Origin: a virus
Lineage: Duplodnaviria > Caudoviricetes
IMG/VR virus record: IMGVR_UViG_3300005261_000054
Span: 1-40,666 of that record
Strand: one strand, 5' to 3'
DNA: 40,666 bases
Position numbers and translations under genes: made by a program. Positions 18,711 through 27,359 of the stretch are shown here, one piece after another. How positions within the stretch are numbered: position 1 is the first letter of the stretch; each line of letters opens with the position of its first letter. The notes below the pieces were generated by a model that was given only the letters and a program-made list of their open reading frames with translations, did not search any database and was not told where the DNA came from.

Positions 18711-20057
18711 GGTTCCTCACACATACCTGTGCAAATTTGATGGCATGGCTAGATCGCCCATGCAGTGATACAAATTAAGTATATAGTTCTTTGCCGTTCT
18801 GAATCCGTAGGCTCGGTGACTTATTACCTTGGCCTTGTTGTTGAGACCTTCTGCGATTCCGTTTGAGATCGGCATATCGAAGTAGGTGAGGATGTTGTCC
18901 TCATGCCGCCTGATTAGTTTGACGACTTCTTGCATCGGCTTGATCTCTGATTCATCGGCCCATGAGTACCATTGTTGAAGGTACTTGGCAGCGTCCTCTT
19001 TTGTCGGTGACTGCCAGAAATCTCTGAAGGACTCCTTGAGCAGATAAGCTCGGTGGATGGTCAGGTTCAGTTTCTCCAGGGTATCCAGCGAAGCCTTCTG
19101 CCCATCCGTGAGATTCCAAGGATTTTTGAGCCAGATGTATCTACTGCCGGCAACCAGTTTCTTGTGCTCTTTGCCTTTTTCAGTGATCTCCTGGCGGCGC
19201 ACCGTATCAACCGCTTCAGTGAGTTTCCTAACGATATGGAACTTATCGAAGACCAATATTGCCTGTGGTGCCTTGGCCTTAACCGCATTGATAAAGGCTG
19301 GCCACATATCACAACAGATGCCGAGCAGTTGTTTGGTCCTCTCTGGGCCGAAGAAGCTGAAAAAGGCCTCAAGGCTTTCTATTGAGCGGCCTTCTCCGCT
19401 TCAGATGAGTGTTCCGGTTTTAAGGTCATATACATTCGTAAGATAGACATGACCTTTTTGCCGAGAAATCTCATCGATACCGATATGGGTTATTCCCGAC
19501 AAATCACGGTGAGCCAAACCAAAGGCAACCACATAGGCAACTGCTGTTGCTACTGTACCCCAGGAGCAACCAAACTGTCTGGCAACCTGTTGCCAGGTCA
19601 GTTGTCGTGCCCAGGTAGCGATGGTGACAGCAAGTGCTCTGGTGAGACGCTTCTTGCCAGCAGCCCATGGCATCAGTTCAACATGGATGCCGCCACACTC
19701 TGAGCAACTGACACGACACGGAGTGTACGTCAGGTTCACTGCGATACCCCAAATCGGCACATGGCGAAAGCGGCGTGCTTGCAAGGTATCGCGATAATCA
19801 CCGGAAGCCCCGCACACACCACAGCGGGGATGGTAACGGAGATCAGCCTGGATGGTGACGAGTAGTTCGGAATCCTTCTTCTCAACGGATTCGATGCGAA
19901 ATCCTTGCAACTCGAGTGTCTCGCGGATAAGCTGTTTGACAAGCATGGGTTCCTCTTTCAGATAGAATGGTTGGTCGCGCTTCCATAACTACCTGATGGA
20001 ACTCATGCTTTTCAATTATTAAAGAACAAAATTACTTACTGATTACCGTGACGAACC
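18711..20057 (-). mobile_element. ISL3-family insertion sequence (1347 bp)
   Basis: Ends GGTTCCTCAC / GGTTCGTCAC (inverted); 8-bp TSD AAAAAAGC at 18703-18710 and 20058-20065. Confidence 0.93.
18717..19946 (-). pseudogene. ISL3 transposase with one in-frame TGA at 19401-19403
   Basis: CGVC/CSEC zinc finger, IGIDE, DKFHIV, SNGIAEGLNNKAK...AYGFR; both ORF halves in the same frame. Confidence 0.9.
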
Positions 20058-20197
20058 AAAAAAGCAATTATTATAAAGACTGGTCGAAATACAAAGTCAA
20101 CAAAGGAGGCGAGAACCAACCAGATAATAACCCTCTGACTTTTTGCAATTGCAATAACGTTATCATTTGAATATTGCGTCATATATCTTCCTTGTGT

Positions 20198-20270
20198 GGC
20201 TAACGGGAACCACCATTGACTCATCCGGGCAGCTTTTCCGTCCGGTCGGCATCAAACGGTGTGATTGGGA
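20198..20270 (-). other. attC-like site
   Basis: Minus: TCCCAAT-CACACCGTTTGATGCCGACCGG...CCGGATGAGTCAATGGTGGTTCCC-GTTAGCC; shares GATGAGTCAA with the 17660 site; left core AAC changed to AAT. Confidence 0.7.
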
Positions 20271-20323
20271 ATCGCTTTTTAGATTATTCCCTTTTCAAGG
20301 ACAGACACCTCTGTTTCCCCTTG

Positions 20324-20773
20324 TTAGGATGTTTTCAGGTTTTCCCTTTTGCTTTTCCTTGATGGGGGCGGGATTTCATTATCAATGTATGCGTTCATAA
20401 CCTTATCCCCCCAAGACGTAGCATAATCTTCTCTAATCGGGGAATTATGGATCATTTGATAGTAGTATTTAAGAATGCGGCTAATGGCAGCAATAACAGT
20501 GGGGTATGCCACATCTTCCCCTTCATCTCTTAGATTTTTATCGAACGATTTTACAGCGATTTCTCCTATAACAGATTCAGCACCACTTGAATTTTGCCAA
20601 AATCTGAGAGCGCATTCTGTACCATCGAAATCAATTAGGACTTGCTTGTATATGAGCCTGATTTCAAGCGGGTTTGGAAACTCATAATATTTTCGAAGCC
20701 ACTTTTCAAAGTAGGATATCTCTTTTTTCAAATCAGGATTCACATCGCCTATATATTTAAAGGATAAACTCAT
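20324..20773 (-). CDS. Cassette gene: hypothetical cytoplasmic protein
   Basis: ORF with AGGA RBS before ATG 20773; stop codon lies within TCCTAAC, an attC left-core-like motif. Confidence 0.75.
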   Translation of the reverse strand: MSLSFKYIGDVNPDLKKEISYFEKWLRKYYEFPNPLEIRLIYKQVLIDFDGTECALRFWQNSSGAESVIGEIAVKSFDKNLRDEGEDVAYPTVIAAISRILKYYYQMIHNSPIREDYATSWGDKVMNAYIDNEIPPPSRKSKRENLKTS

Positions 20774-21061
20774 ATTTCCTAAACTCCCCATGGAGCTGAG
20801 GGTGTGCGGGTTTTCACTGCACCGCCCGATGTTTGGCTACTCAGGTTTCTTGAATTCGATTCTCTTTAGGTAACGGAATCTTTACCTGTGATTATTGCCC
20901 AAACCTGCTCCCCAAACACTTCAAGTCGTCCATTTGGTGGAAAATCTGTTTGCCCAAGAATCTTTCTGTCCTGCATCAACTCAACGATGTCCTAGTCATT
21001 ACGTGTGCAGTTGGCGGATTTCTCTTCTGTCTTTTTCTCTTCGCAACTCGTAAATTGACTG

Positions 21062-21181
21062 TCATATGTGCATCGCGTTGTATGTTAGTGAATGGAGAGG
21101 GATGACATCGACAAGTCGCACTGCACAAACGCCTAGTATGAGTGTTGCAATCAAGACTGCTATCCATTTTGATCGTCGCAT
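21062..21181 (-). pseudogene. Truncated cassette gene (39 aa, signal-peptide-like)
   Basis: ATG follows the attC right core; reads MRRSKWIAVLIATLILGVCAV... then an early TGA. Confidence 0.45.
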
Positions 21182-21195
21182 ATTCATCTCTTTTT

Positions 21196-21256
21196 GCCTA
21201 ACGCCACAAGCCTGACTGGGGCGGGTTTATCTCCCCGGTCTTGACGCGAGTTGGAC
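21196..21256 (-). other. attC-like site
   Basis: Minus: GTCCAAC-TCGCGTCAA-GACCGGGG..CCCCAGTC-AGGCTTGTGGC-GTTAGGC, 7 bp after a stop codon. Confidence 0.75.
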
Positions 21257-21263
21257 ATCTTCG

Positions 21264-21848
21264 TCAATGTTTAGCTCTGGCACCTAACTCTGTCACGCCC
21301 CTCTCCTTCTTGAAGCGTATTGCATCTGGCAATGCCGATTCAGGGTTCTTGCCATCCCAGCCAAATTCAAACGTCTTCTGTTGTCCTTTGTAGGTAAATG
21401 ACAAAGTAATTATCCCGTTTCCGATCCTTGCCGATGCCCAATTAAAGGCAGAACCATCATCGAGAATACACCCTTGAAATAAATCTCCTACCAAACGCTC
21501 TGCTGTGCGCTTCTCATCTTCCCAAGAAAAGTCTGTCAGGGTTCTCTCTATGAGACTGTCATAGTCACGCGCGGCAAAGAATAGAAACAGTCCGTCTCGT
21601 GTTGTCCACACGACTCCGGATCCTTTACGTGCAACATCCACTATTACGTCACAACACCCCACGCAACCGCAGTCGCAGCGTCCGACCAAGAGTCTACCGC
21701 CATGCAGGAGAGAATCCTGCGCAAAGAACTTAGGGGGATCTATCCCAAGGCTGTCATCACCAAGCCAGTCCTCCCCATCAACAACAACTCGCACCTGATG
21801 GTCATTCGAACTGGGGCTTGGTTCTATTCTGAATTCCAGTTTATTCAT
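21264..21848 (-). CDS. Cassette gene: hypothetical protein with a CxCGxxGC motif
   Basis: 194 aa; GRCDCGCVGCCD. Confidence 0.8.
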   Translation of the reverse strand: MNKLEFRIEPSPSSNDHQVRVVVDGEDWLGDDSLGIDPPKFFAQDSLLHGGRLLVGRCDCGCVGCCDVIVDVARKGSGVVWTTRDGLFLFFAARDYDSLIERTLTDFSWEDEKRTAERLVGDLFQGCILDDGSAFNWASARIGNGIITLSFTYKGQQKTFEFGWDGKNPESALPDAIRFKKERGVTELGARAKH

Positions 21849-22204
21849 CTCTTGCCTGCCAAACGGTTTAAAAAATCACCTGACGGCTTTTGGTCAGATG
21901 CATCGTCCCCGCTGGGTCCGGTATTTAATTCAGCCTCTTCGGCCTTCAATCGCCATTGTTCAGCAACTAGAGACTCCTCGTCAATTCCATCAATAGGCCG
22001 ATTAAGCTCAAGAATTGATTGGGCTTGGTAGTCTGTGAATAAATATTTTTCGACCAGATGCTTTTTGGGATCTTCTTCTGTATCAATGATTTCAATAATT
22101 TTACCCGCGGCCCGTCGTGCCTTTAAAAGGCCTTCAATAATGTGCTGTCTCCACAAATTGATTTGTATGCGTTTTTCAGTATTTGCTTCAGTCATGAGGT
22201 TCAT
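21845..22204 (-). CDS. Cassette gene: stand-alone GyrA/ParC C-gate-like domain
   Basis: QHIIEGLLKA...IIEII..EEDPKKHLVEKYLFTDYQAQSILEL resembles GyrA/ParC HILEGLLIA..IDEVI..I...L...F.LSE.QAQAIL. Confidence 0.65.
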   Translation of the reverse strand: MNLMTEANTEKRIQINLWRQHIIEGLLKARRAAGKIIEIIDTEEDPKKHLVEKYLFTDYQAQSILELNRPIDGIDEESLVAEQWRLKAEEAELNTGPSGDDASDQKPSGDFLNRLAGKR

Positions 22205-22268
22205 CTTTCATTGGCATAGCGTTTTTGTTTTTGTCCTGATGGGCGAGATTGTATGTATGTTTACAAAT

Positions 22269-22538
22269 TCAGAAAAATGACTCTACGAGATCAGGCATTA
22301 ACACGAAAAGTATTCCTAAACATATTGCCAATAATGAAGCAACTCTAGCTGTCCATCCTGTTAAATAGCCATTTGCTGGGCGCCCTTCCCATCCGAATGG
22401 GACACGCCCCCGGCGAAACATTTGTATTCCAAAAATAATTTCAGCAAGCCCAAGAACGCGGATGCCGACAATACGTTCATAAAAAAACGCGAATACACAC
22501 ACTGCGAAAACGAAGAAACCCCAGACGTTATCATTCAT
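22269..22538 (-). CDS. Cassette gene: three-TM hypothetical membrane protein
   Basis: ATG 22538 just after the GTTGGGT core at 22548-22554; hydrophobic. Confidence 0.7.
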   Translation of the reverse strand: MNDNVWGFFVFAVCVFAFFYERIVGIRVLGLAEIIFGIQMFRRGRVPFGWEGRPANGYLTGWTARVASLLAICLGILFVLMPDLVESFF

Positions 22539-22594
22539 TTTGTTATCACCCAACGGTTCAGCCGGGACCCGACGCAGCTTTATCTCGAACGGAG

Positions 22595-23155
22595 CTACTG
22601 GCCGGACCTCATTTTCTCATCGGCCATTCTGGCCTGTGCGATTACCTCGTGAGCTTTATGGAATAGGGGCGATAGTGGCAGGCGGTTATTGCCTAAATCG
22701 TTTTCATTTGATTCCACTGTGAGAATGCCGTTCGATGTGAGGAAATAGAAACGCGTGTTGCCCTGGGAGGGAAGTGGAAAAGTCTTCGTAGGCAATGCTT
22801 GGCCAAGAAATTGGTTGGAAAAGGTCAAAAACTCGCTACTTGCTTTTCTGGGACCTTCATGTTGGCCAACTCCAATAATTCCGCCGCCATTGCTGAAGTA
22901 GAGGCTAACTGTGCCGTCGGCGAGAGTAACCAAAGTGGCAACCGCTTCAGGATATCCGGTCTCCATGACAACGCCCCATACGCTATTTGAACGTGATGGG
23001 GTTACTCCAATTTTTGATGGATCGAGTAGGAATACTTGTTGTCTGAGGTTTCGATAAATGTCTGCTGTCTTGTAATGATTTGTGTCTGGCTTATTGCAAC
23101 CGAAGATGCCTAAAATCGATCCCAAAAAACTTGCCATTACGATTCCTCTTTTCAT
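22595..23155 (-). CDS. Cassette gene: hypothetical, possibly a lipoprotein (alternative start 23137)
   Basis: LGSILGIFGC; DGTVSLYFSNGGGIIGVG; the ORF-track extension to 23257 runs through the attC-like site. Confidence 0.8.
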   Translation of the reverse strand: MKRGIVMASFLGSILGIFGCNKPDTNHYKTADIYRNLRQQVFLLDPSKIGVTPSRSNSVWGVVMETGYPEAVATLVTLADGTVSLYFSNGGGIIGVGQHEGPRKASSEFLTFSNQFLGQALPTKTFPLPSQGNTRFYFLTSNGILTVESNENDLGNNRLPLSPLFHKAHEVIAQARMADEKMRSGQ

Positions 23156-23170
23156 GATATCTCTTTTTAT

Positions 23171-23238
23171 AATTAACGTTTTTGCGCTTGACCTGCCGGG
23201 GCAGTATACCCGGTTATAGTCTGAGCGCCTGGATAACT
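23171..23238 (-). other. attC-like site
   Basis: Minus: AGTTATC-CAG-GCGCTCAGAC-TATAACCGGG..CCCGGCAG-GTCAAGCGC-AAAAAC-GTTAATT; extra base on the left arm as in canonical attC; left core degenerate. Confidence 0.75.
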
Positions 23239-23257
23239 GCCTGACACTTAAGAACAT

Positions 23258-23495
23258 CTATTTTCTTCTTCGCTTCATTCTCTGATAAATAGCAATGGCA
23301 ATTAAAACCGCTGCCACAGCACACCAAGAACAAAACGATAAAAGTTCGGATCAATGCCGAATGATCGGACTACTCCGTCTTCCCATTTAATTATCTCATG
23401 GGCAAAGACGTAGCGAACTAGGATGAGTATGATCATCGCTACGATCAAAACTTCTACTGGGTAAATCACTTTTTATCGTTGGGTTTTAAATTCAT
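23258..23495 (-). pseudogene. Frameshifted small membrane-protein gene, first cassette of the array
   Basis: Hydrophobic pieces VEVLIVAMIILILVRYVF and AVAAVLIAIAIYQRMKRRRK* in different frames. Confidence 0.5.
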
Positions 23496-23736
23496 TCTTT
23501 AATCCAGCCGTTATTGCCCAGACCTCACCATCCACTCAAACTGGATATCTAAGTATGCGCACATTAAAACAAAAGACGCTTCGTGAAGCGATTCCCCGGG
23601 TATCCACATACGTATTACGTATCTTTATAATTAGAAATAATGAAAAACAAGGGTAAATCGCATCATTAAACAAAATGTTTCATTTCGTGTAATGCCGATC
23701 CATCATTGTTGCCGGTTACAGACGCTCTGCCTCCAG

Positions 23737-23795
23737 TGTCCTGTCAAATCTGTCAAAAAGTGTCTTATCTGTCCAACTTGTAAAATAACGTAACT
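23737..23795 (+). promoter_or_regulatory. Phased TGTC repeats upstream of the head operon
   Basis: TGTC at 23742, 23751, 23761, 23770, TGTA at 23779, CGTA at 23789 (9-10 bp spacing). Confidence 0.5.
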
Positions 23796-23836
23796 TCCGT
23801 CTCACCACTCCGCCATGGATGTGCCATGCTTCGCGC

Positions 23837-24079
23837 ATGGCAATCACCTCCCTCTACACAGACGCGGAACTAAGCGAACTTATCGCCGCCTACAAAAAGG
23901 CCCTGCTCGATCTCGCCCAGGGAAAGCGGATCCGTTTTTCCTCTGCCGGGTCCGATCACGAATTCGAGCCGCAGGACATCGAAAGCGTTCAAAAAGCCCT
24001 CGACTATTTCCAATCCCAGAAAGCCAAAAACGCCGGGCTTACCGGTCCCCAGTTTCTTTCCGCGAGGCCCAGACGATGA
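23837..24079 (+). CDS. gpW-like head completion protein
   Basis: 80 aa directly upstream of the portal with ATGA overlap; helix-hairpin-helix pattern. Confidence 0.7.
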   Translation: MAITSLYTDAELSELIAAYKKALLDLAQGKRIRFSSAGSDHEFEPQDIESVQKALDYFQSQKAKNAGLTGPQFLSARPRR

Positions 24080-25632
24080 CAAGTCCCGGTTGCCGCATAC
24101 GCCGCAGCTACCTCTCGCCACGCGCACAGGCCGCCATGCTGCCCGGAATGCAGGGATCCGCCTTCACCCGCACTGCCGGTTCCGCAGGCGGCACGTTCTC
24201 CAACTGGTCGCCCCGTCGCCTGACATGGACAGAGGAGGGTCGCCAGCGCGAACGCATCGTCGAACGTGCCAACGACATTGCCGCCAATAACGCCCACGGC
24301 GCCAGCCTGATCGATTCCATCGCCATCAACACCGTTGGTACCGGGCTCTGGCCGCAAGCCAAACCCAACTGGAAGCGCCTGGGCATCACGGAAGAACAGG
24401 CCCAGAACATTGCCGAAACCATGGAATGGGAGTTCGAACAGTTCACCCGCACCTCCGACGCCTCCGCCCCCAGCGCCGAAACAGCTACCTGCAATTTTTA
24501 CGGCCAGCAATTTCAAAACATCTATTCCATGCTGGTCAATGGCGAGTTCCTCAACCTCCCGCTCATGATGGACGACCCGACGCGGCGCTACTCATTGGCC
24601 CTGCAAGCGGTTGATCCGGTTCGCCTGCGCACTCCCCTGGCCTACATCGGAGCCACCGACGTGCGTGACGGCATCCGCTTGGGCAAAAACGGGCAGCCTG
24701 TGGGGTATCTGCTGGCCGATCCCGAGGACGGGCGCCTGTCCACCTCCCTCGACCTGCGCAGCTTCCGCGAACTTCCTCCCCGTGCCGGACACCGCCCGGT
24801 AGTAATCCACCGTTTCCACAAGAAAAACCCCGAACAGGTACGCGGCGTTTCGATCCTGGCACCGGCCATGAAGTTCTTCCGCGACATGAACGACTATCTG
24901 GATTTCGAGCTGGTAGGAGCCATTATCGCTGCCAGTTTCCCGGTATTCATCCAGAAGTCACCCGATTTTGACGCCGTGACCAGGCACGGAAGCGAGCCGA
25001 CCGTCACCGATCCAACCCGGTATCAGGAAGTGTCCCCGGGTGTCATGTACGGCAACCCGGGAGAAGAGCCGCATGTATTGTCCAATCCCCGGCCCGGCGG
25101 ATCGTTCGGCGTCTTCGTCGAAACCATCCTGCGCGCCGTGGGAGCTGCTGCAGGCATGCCCTATGAAGTCATTGCCAAAGACTTCAGCAAAACCAATTAC
25201 AGCAGCGCCCGTGCAGCACTTGAAGAAGCATGGCGCGTATTCGGCATGTACCAGGACTGGCTGGTTACCTATTTCTGCCAAATCATCTGGGAAATGGTCT
25301 GGGAAGAAGCATGGCTGCGCGGGTACATCAAACTGCCTGCCGGAGCCCCGGACTTTTACGCCGCCAGAGCCGAATGGACCGCCGCAACCTGGATCGTTCC
25401 CGAACGGACCAACCTGGATCCGGTCAAGGAAATCACCGCAGCCATTCTGGCCAAGAACAACAACATGGGCACCGATGCCGACTTCGCCGCCAAGCGCGGC
25501 AAAGACTGGGAAGCGATCTATGAACAGCGTTCCCGCGAAATCAAAAAGGCCAGGGAACTCGAGCTTCCGGATGCCGCGGGAGCACAAAAACAGACCGTAG
25601 CCAACAAAACAGCGCCCGAGGAACAAGCATGA
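24076..25632 (+). CDS. Portal protein, lambda family
   Basis: EQVRGVSILAP, GMPYEVIAKDFSKTNYSSARAAL, LDPVKE; start at ATG 24076. Confidence 0.93.
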   Translation: MTSPGCRIRRSYLSPRAQAAMLPGMQGSAFTRTAGSAGGTFSNWSPRRLTWTEEGRQRERIVERANDIAANNAHGASLIDSIAINTVGTGLWPQAKPNWKRLGITEEQAQNIAETMEWEFEQFTRTSDASAPSAETATCNFYGQQFQNIYSMLVNGEFLNLPLMMDDPTRRYSLALQAVDPVRLRTPLAYIGATDVRDGIRLGKNGQPVGYLLADPEDGRLSTSLDLRSFRELPPRAGHRPVVIHRFHKKNPEQVRGVSILAPAMKFFRDMNDYLDFELVGAIIAASFPVFIQKSPDFDAVTRHGSEPTVTDPTRYQEVSPGVMYGNPGEEPHVLSNPRPGGSFGVFVETILRAVGAAAGMPYEVIAKDFSKTNYSSARAALEEAWRVFGMYQDWLVTYFCQIIWEMVWEEAWLRGYIKLPAGAPDFYAARAEWTAATWIVPERTNLDPVKEITAAILAKNNNMGTDADFAAKRGKDWEAIYEQRSREIKKARELELPDAAGAQKQTVANKTAPEEQA

Positions 25633-26945
25633 GAAACCTGCACCTTGCCGAACTACTGTTCAACCGACCGCTGATGATTTCAGAGGGCAAACTCAACGTG
25701 ATCCTGCATGCCTTGGGGCCGCGGTTCAACCTCGACATGGCCGCCATTCCGGTTGCCGATATGGCGCAGATCAGCGAGCAGGAGCGCAAGCGGGCCGGAT
25801 ACAACACTTCAAATGGCATCGGCATTATCGGCATCTACGGCCCGCTGATGCACCGCGTCATGGCGTCGGATTATCCCAGCGGCGGTCCTACAACTTACGC
25901 TGATATCCGTAGAGCCTTTGACTTGGCCATGGCCGATGACTCCGTTCAGTCCATCGTGCTGGACATGGATTCTCCCGGCGGCGAAGTTCACGGAGCATTC
26001 GATCTGGCTGACCATATCTTCCAGTCGCGGGGCAAAAAGCCGATTACCGCCGTGGTTAACGAATCCGCTTACAGCGCGGCTTACCTGCTGGCTTCGGCCG
26101 CCGACCGCATTGTTATTCCCCGTACCGGCGGGGCTGGCTCCATCGGAGTCATTGCGACCCATGCCGACTTCAGCCGAGCCGAGGATGCCGCCGGTATTAC
26201 CGTCACTCATATTTTTGCCGGTTCCCGCAAAGCCGATTTTTCCCCGCATCAACCGTTGGGAGATGATGCTTTCGCGTCTCTGCAAGGCATGGTCAACGAT
26301 ACCTATGAGATGTTCGCCGAGACCGTCGCCCGTAACCGAAAAATGTCGGTTAAAGCAGTCAAAGACACCGATGCAGGCATATTCGAGGGCAAGAAAGCAG
26401 TATCAGCAGGCTTGGCCGATGAAGTTGCACCTGCCGACAAGGCTATAGCCAACAGCCGAGGCAAAAACAAAGGATTTGTCACCGCCACCAGACAGGCAAT
26501 CACAACCAGTAAGGAGAAGAAGCATATGACCACCCAAGAACTGAGAGAGAACCACCCCGATCTGGTGGCGCACATCGAAAGCGAAGCCAGACAGGGCATG
26601 ATCAGCCAAGCTGAAGCGGCAACATCCGCAACCGCAGCGGCCGCAGCCGAACAGACCAGAATATGTGCTCTGGTATCCGCCGCATTTGGCGAAGAGCCGG
26701 GCCAGAAGCTGGCAGCCGTAGCCGCCAAAGGCCTTACCGCCGAGGATGTTACAACCCTGGGCATCACCTTTGCCGCCGCAGCCCCTGAAACCGGATCTGA
26801 CGAAGCCAGCCGTACGTCGATTCTGAACGCACTGCACCAGGTTGCACCTGCAGGCCTCAGGGGAGTCCAACCGGCAGGAGGCGAAGCTGCCGAGCGCACC
26901 GCCGCTGTCAGTGCAATAGCCGCGGGTGGCAGCGCCAAACGGTAA
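25629..26945 (+). CDS. S49-family head maturation protease with C-terminal scaffold region
   Basis: LDMDSPGG, AYSAAYLLAS, GSIGV, GLADEV. Confidence 0.92.
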   Translation: MRNLHLAELLFNRPLMISEGKLNVILHALGPRFNLDMAAIPVADMAQISEQERKRAGYNTSNGIGIIGIYGPLMHRVMASDYPSGGPTTYADIRRAFDLAMADDSVQSIVLDMDSPGGEVHGAFDLADHIFQSRGKKPITAVVNESAYSAAYLLASAADRIVIPRTGGAGSIGVIATHADFSRAEDAAGITVTHIFAGSRKADFSPHQPLGDDAFASLQGMVNDTYEMFAETVARNRKMSVKAVKDTDAGIFEGKKAVSAGLADEVAPADKAIANSRGKNKGFVTATRQAITTSKEKKHMTTQELRENHPDLVAHIESEARQGMISQAEAATSATAAAAAEQTRICALVSAAFGEEPGQKLAAVAAKGLTAEDVTTLGITFAAAAPETGSDEASRTSILNALHQVAPAGLRGVQPAGGEAAERTAAVSAIAAGGSAKR

Positions 26946-26979
26946 TCAAGCGAACTACACATTAATGGAGGCATAAATC

Positions 26980-27324
26980 ATGAGTGAAACTTTTACCCCC
27001 GATAAGCTGCTGGCCGGAGATTATCCGGTCGTTACCGATATCGTCACCATCGATACCGGCATACTCACACGCGGTACCTGCCTGGGCAAGATCACCGCAA
27101 CCGGCAAATACGTCATCTGCAACAGCGCCAACTCCGATGGATCTCAGAACCCTGTTGCAATCCTGGCCGAAAAAGCCGATGCCAGCTCAGCCGACGTGCA
27201 GGCCACTGTATACCTGTCCGGCGCATTCAACCAGGCCGCCGTAACCTTCGGCGGCACCGATACGGCGGACACTCACCGGGTGGCCCTGCGCAACCTCAAC
27301 ATCTACCTGAAAAAAGCGGCCTAA
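26980..27324 (+). CDS. Head decoration protein (gpD-like)
   Basis: RGTCLGKIT..GKY, DGSQNPVAIL, YLSGAFN. Confidence 0.88.
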   Translation: MSETFTPDKLLAGDYPVVTDIVTIDTGILTRGTCLGKITATGKYVICNSANSDGSQNPVAILAEKADASSADVQATVYLSGAFNQAAVTFGGTDTADTHRVALRNLNIYLKKAA

Positions 27325-27359
27325 ACCGCTACAAAATTTTGGTTTAAGGAGACGACACC

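Larger units (their letters stand above)
18492..20182 (-). pseudogene. Cassette gene for a 111-aa membrane protein, interrupted by ISL3
   Basis: Removing 18711-20057 plus one AAAAAAGC copy restores the frame ...VFIIIAF-LKFVFVYCL... Confidence 0.88.
17200..23500 (-). mobile_element. Integron-like attC gene-cassette array lacking an integrase (CALIN-like) inside the prophage
   Basis: About ten short co-oriented AT-rich genes, most preceded by GTCAA-N9..11-GTTRRR then RBS and ATG; four full attC-like hairpins. Confidence 0.75.

Noticed and set aside
19401-19403. TGA recoding (genetic code 4/25 or selenocysteine)
   Set aside because: TGA serves as a normal stop in many coupled genes in this window
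17200-23500. CRISPR or REP-type repeats at the gene junctions
   Set aside because: Junction elements are divergent in sequence and separated by whole genes; they share structure and core motifs, which fits attC better
23815-24075. N-terminal extension of the portal ORF
   Set aside because: Overlaps the gpW-like gene; ATGA coupling indicates a start at 24076
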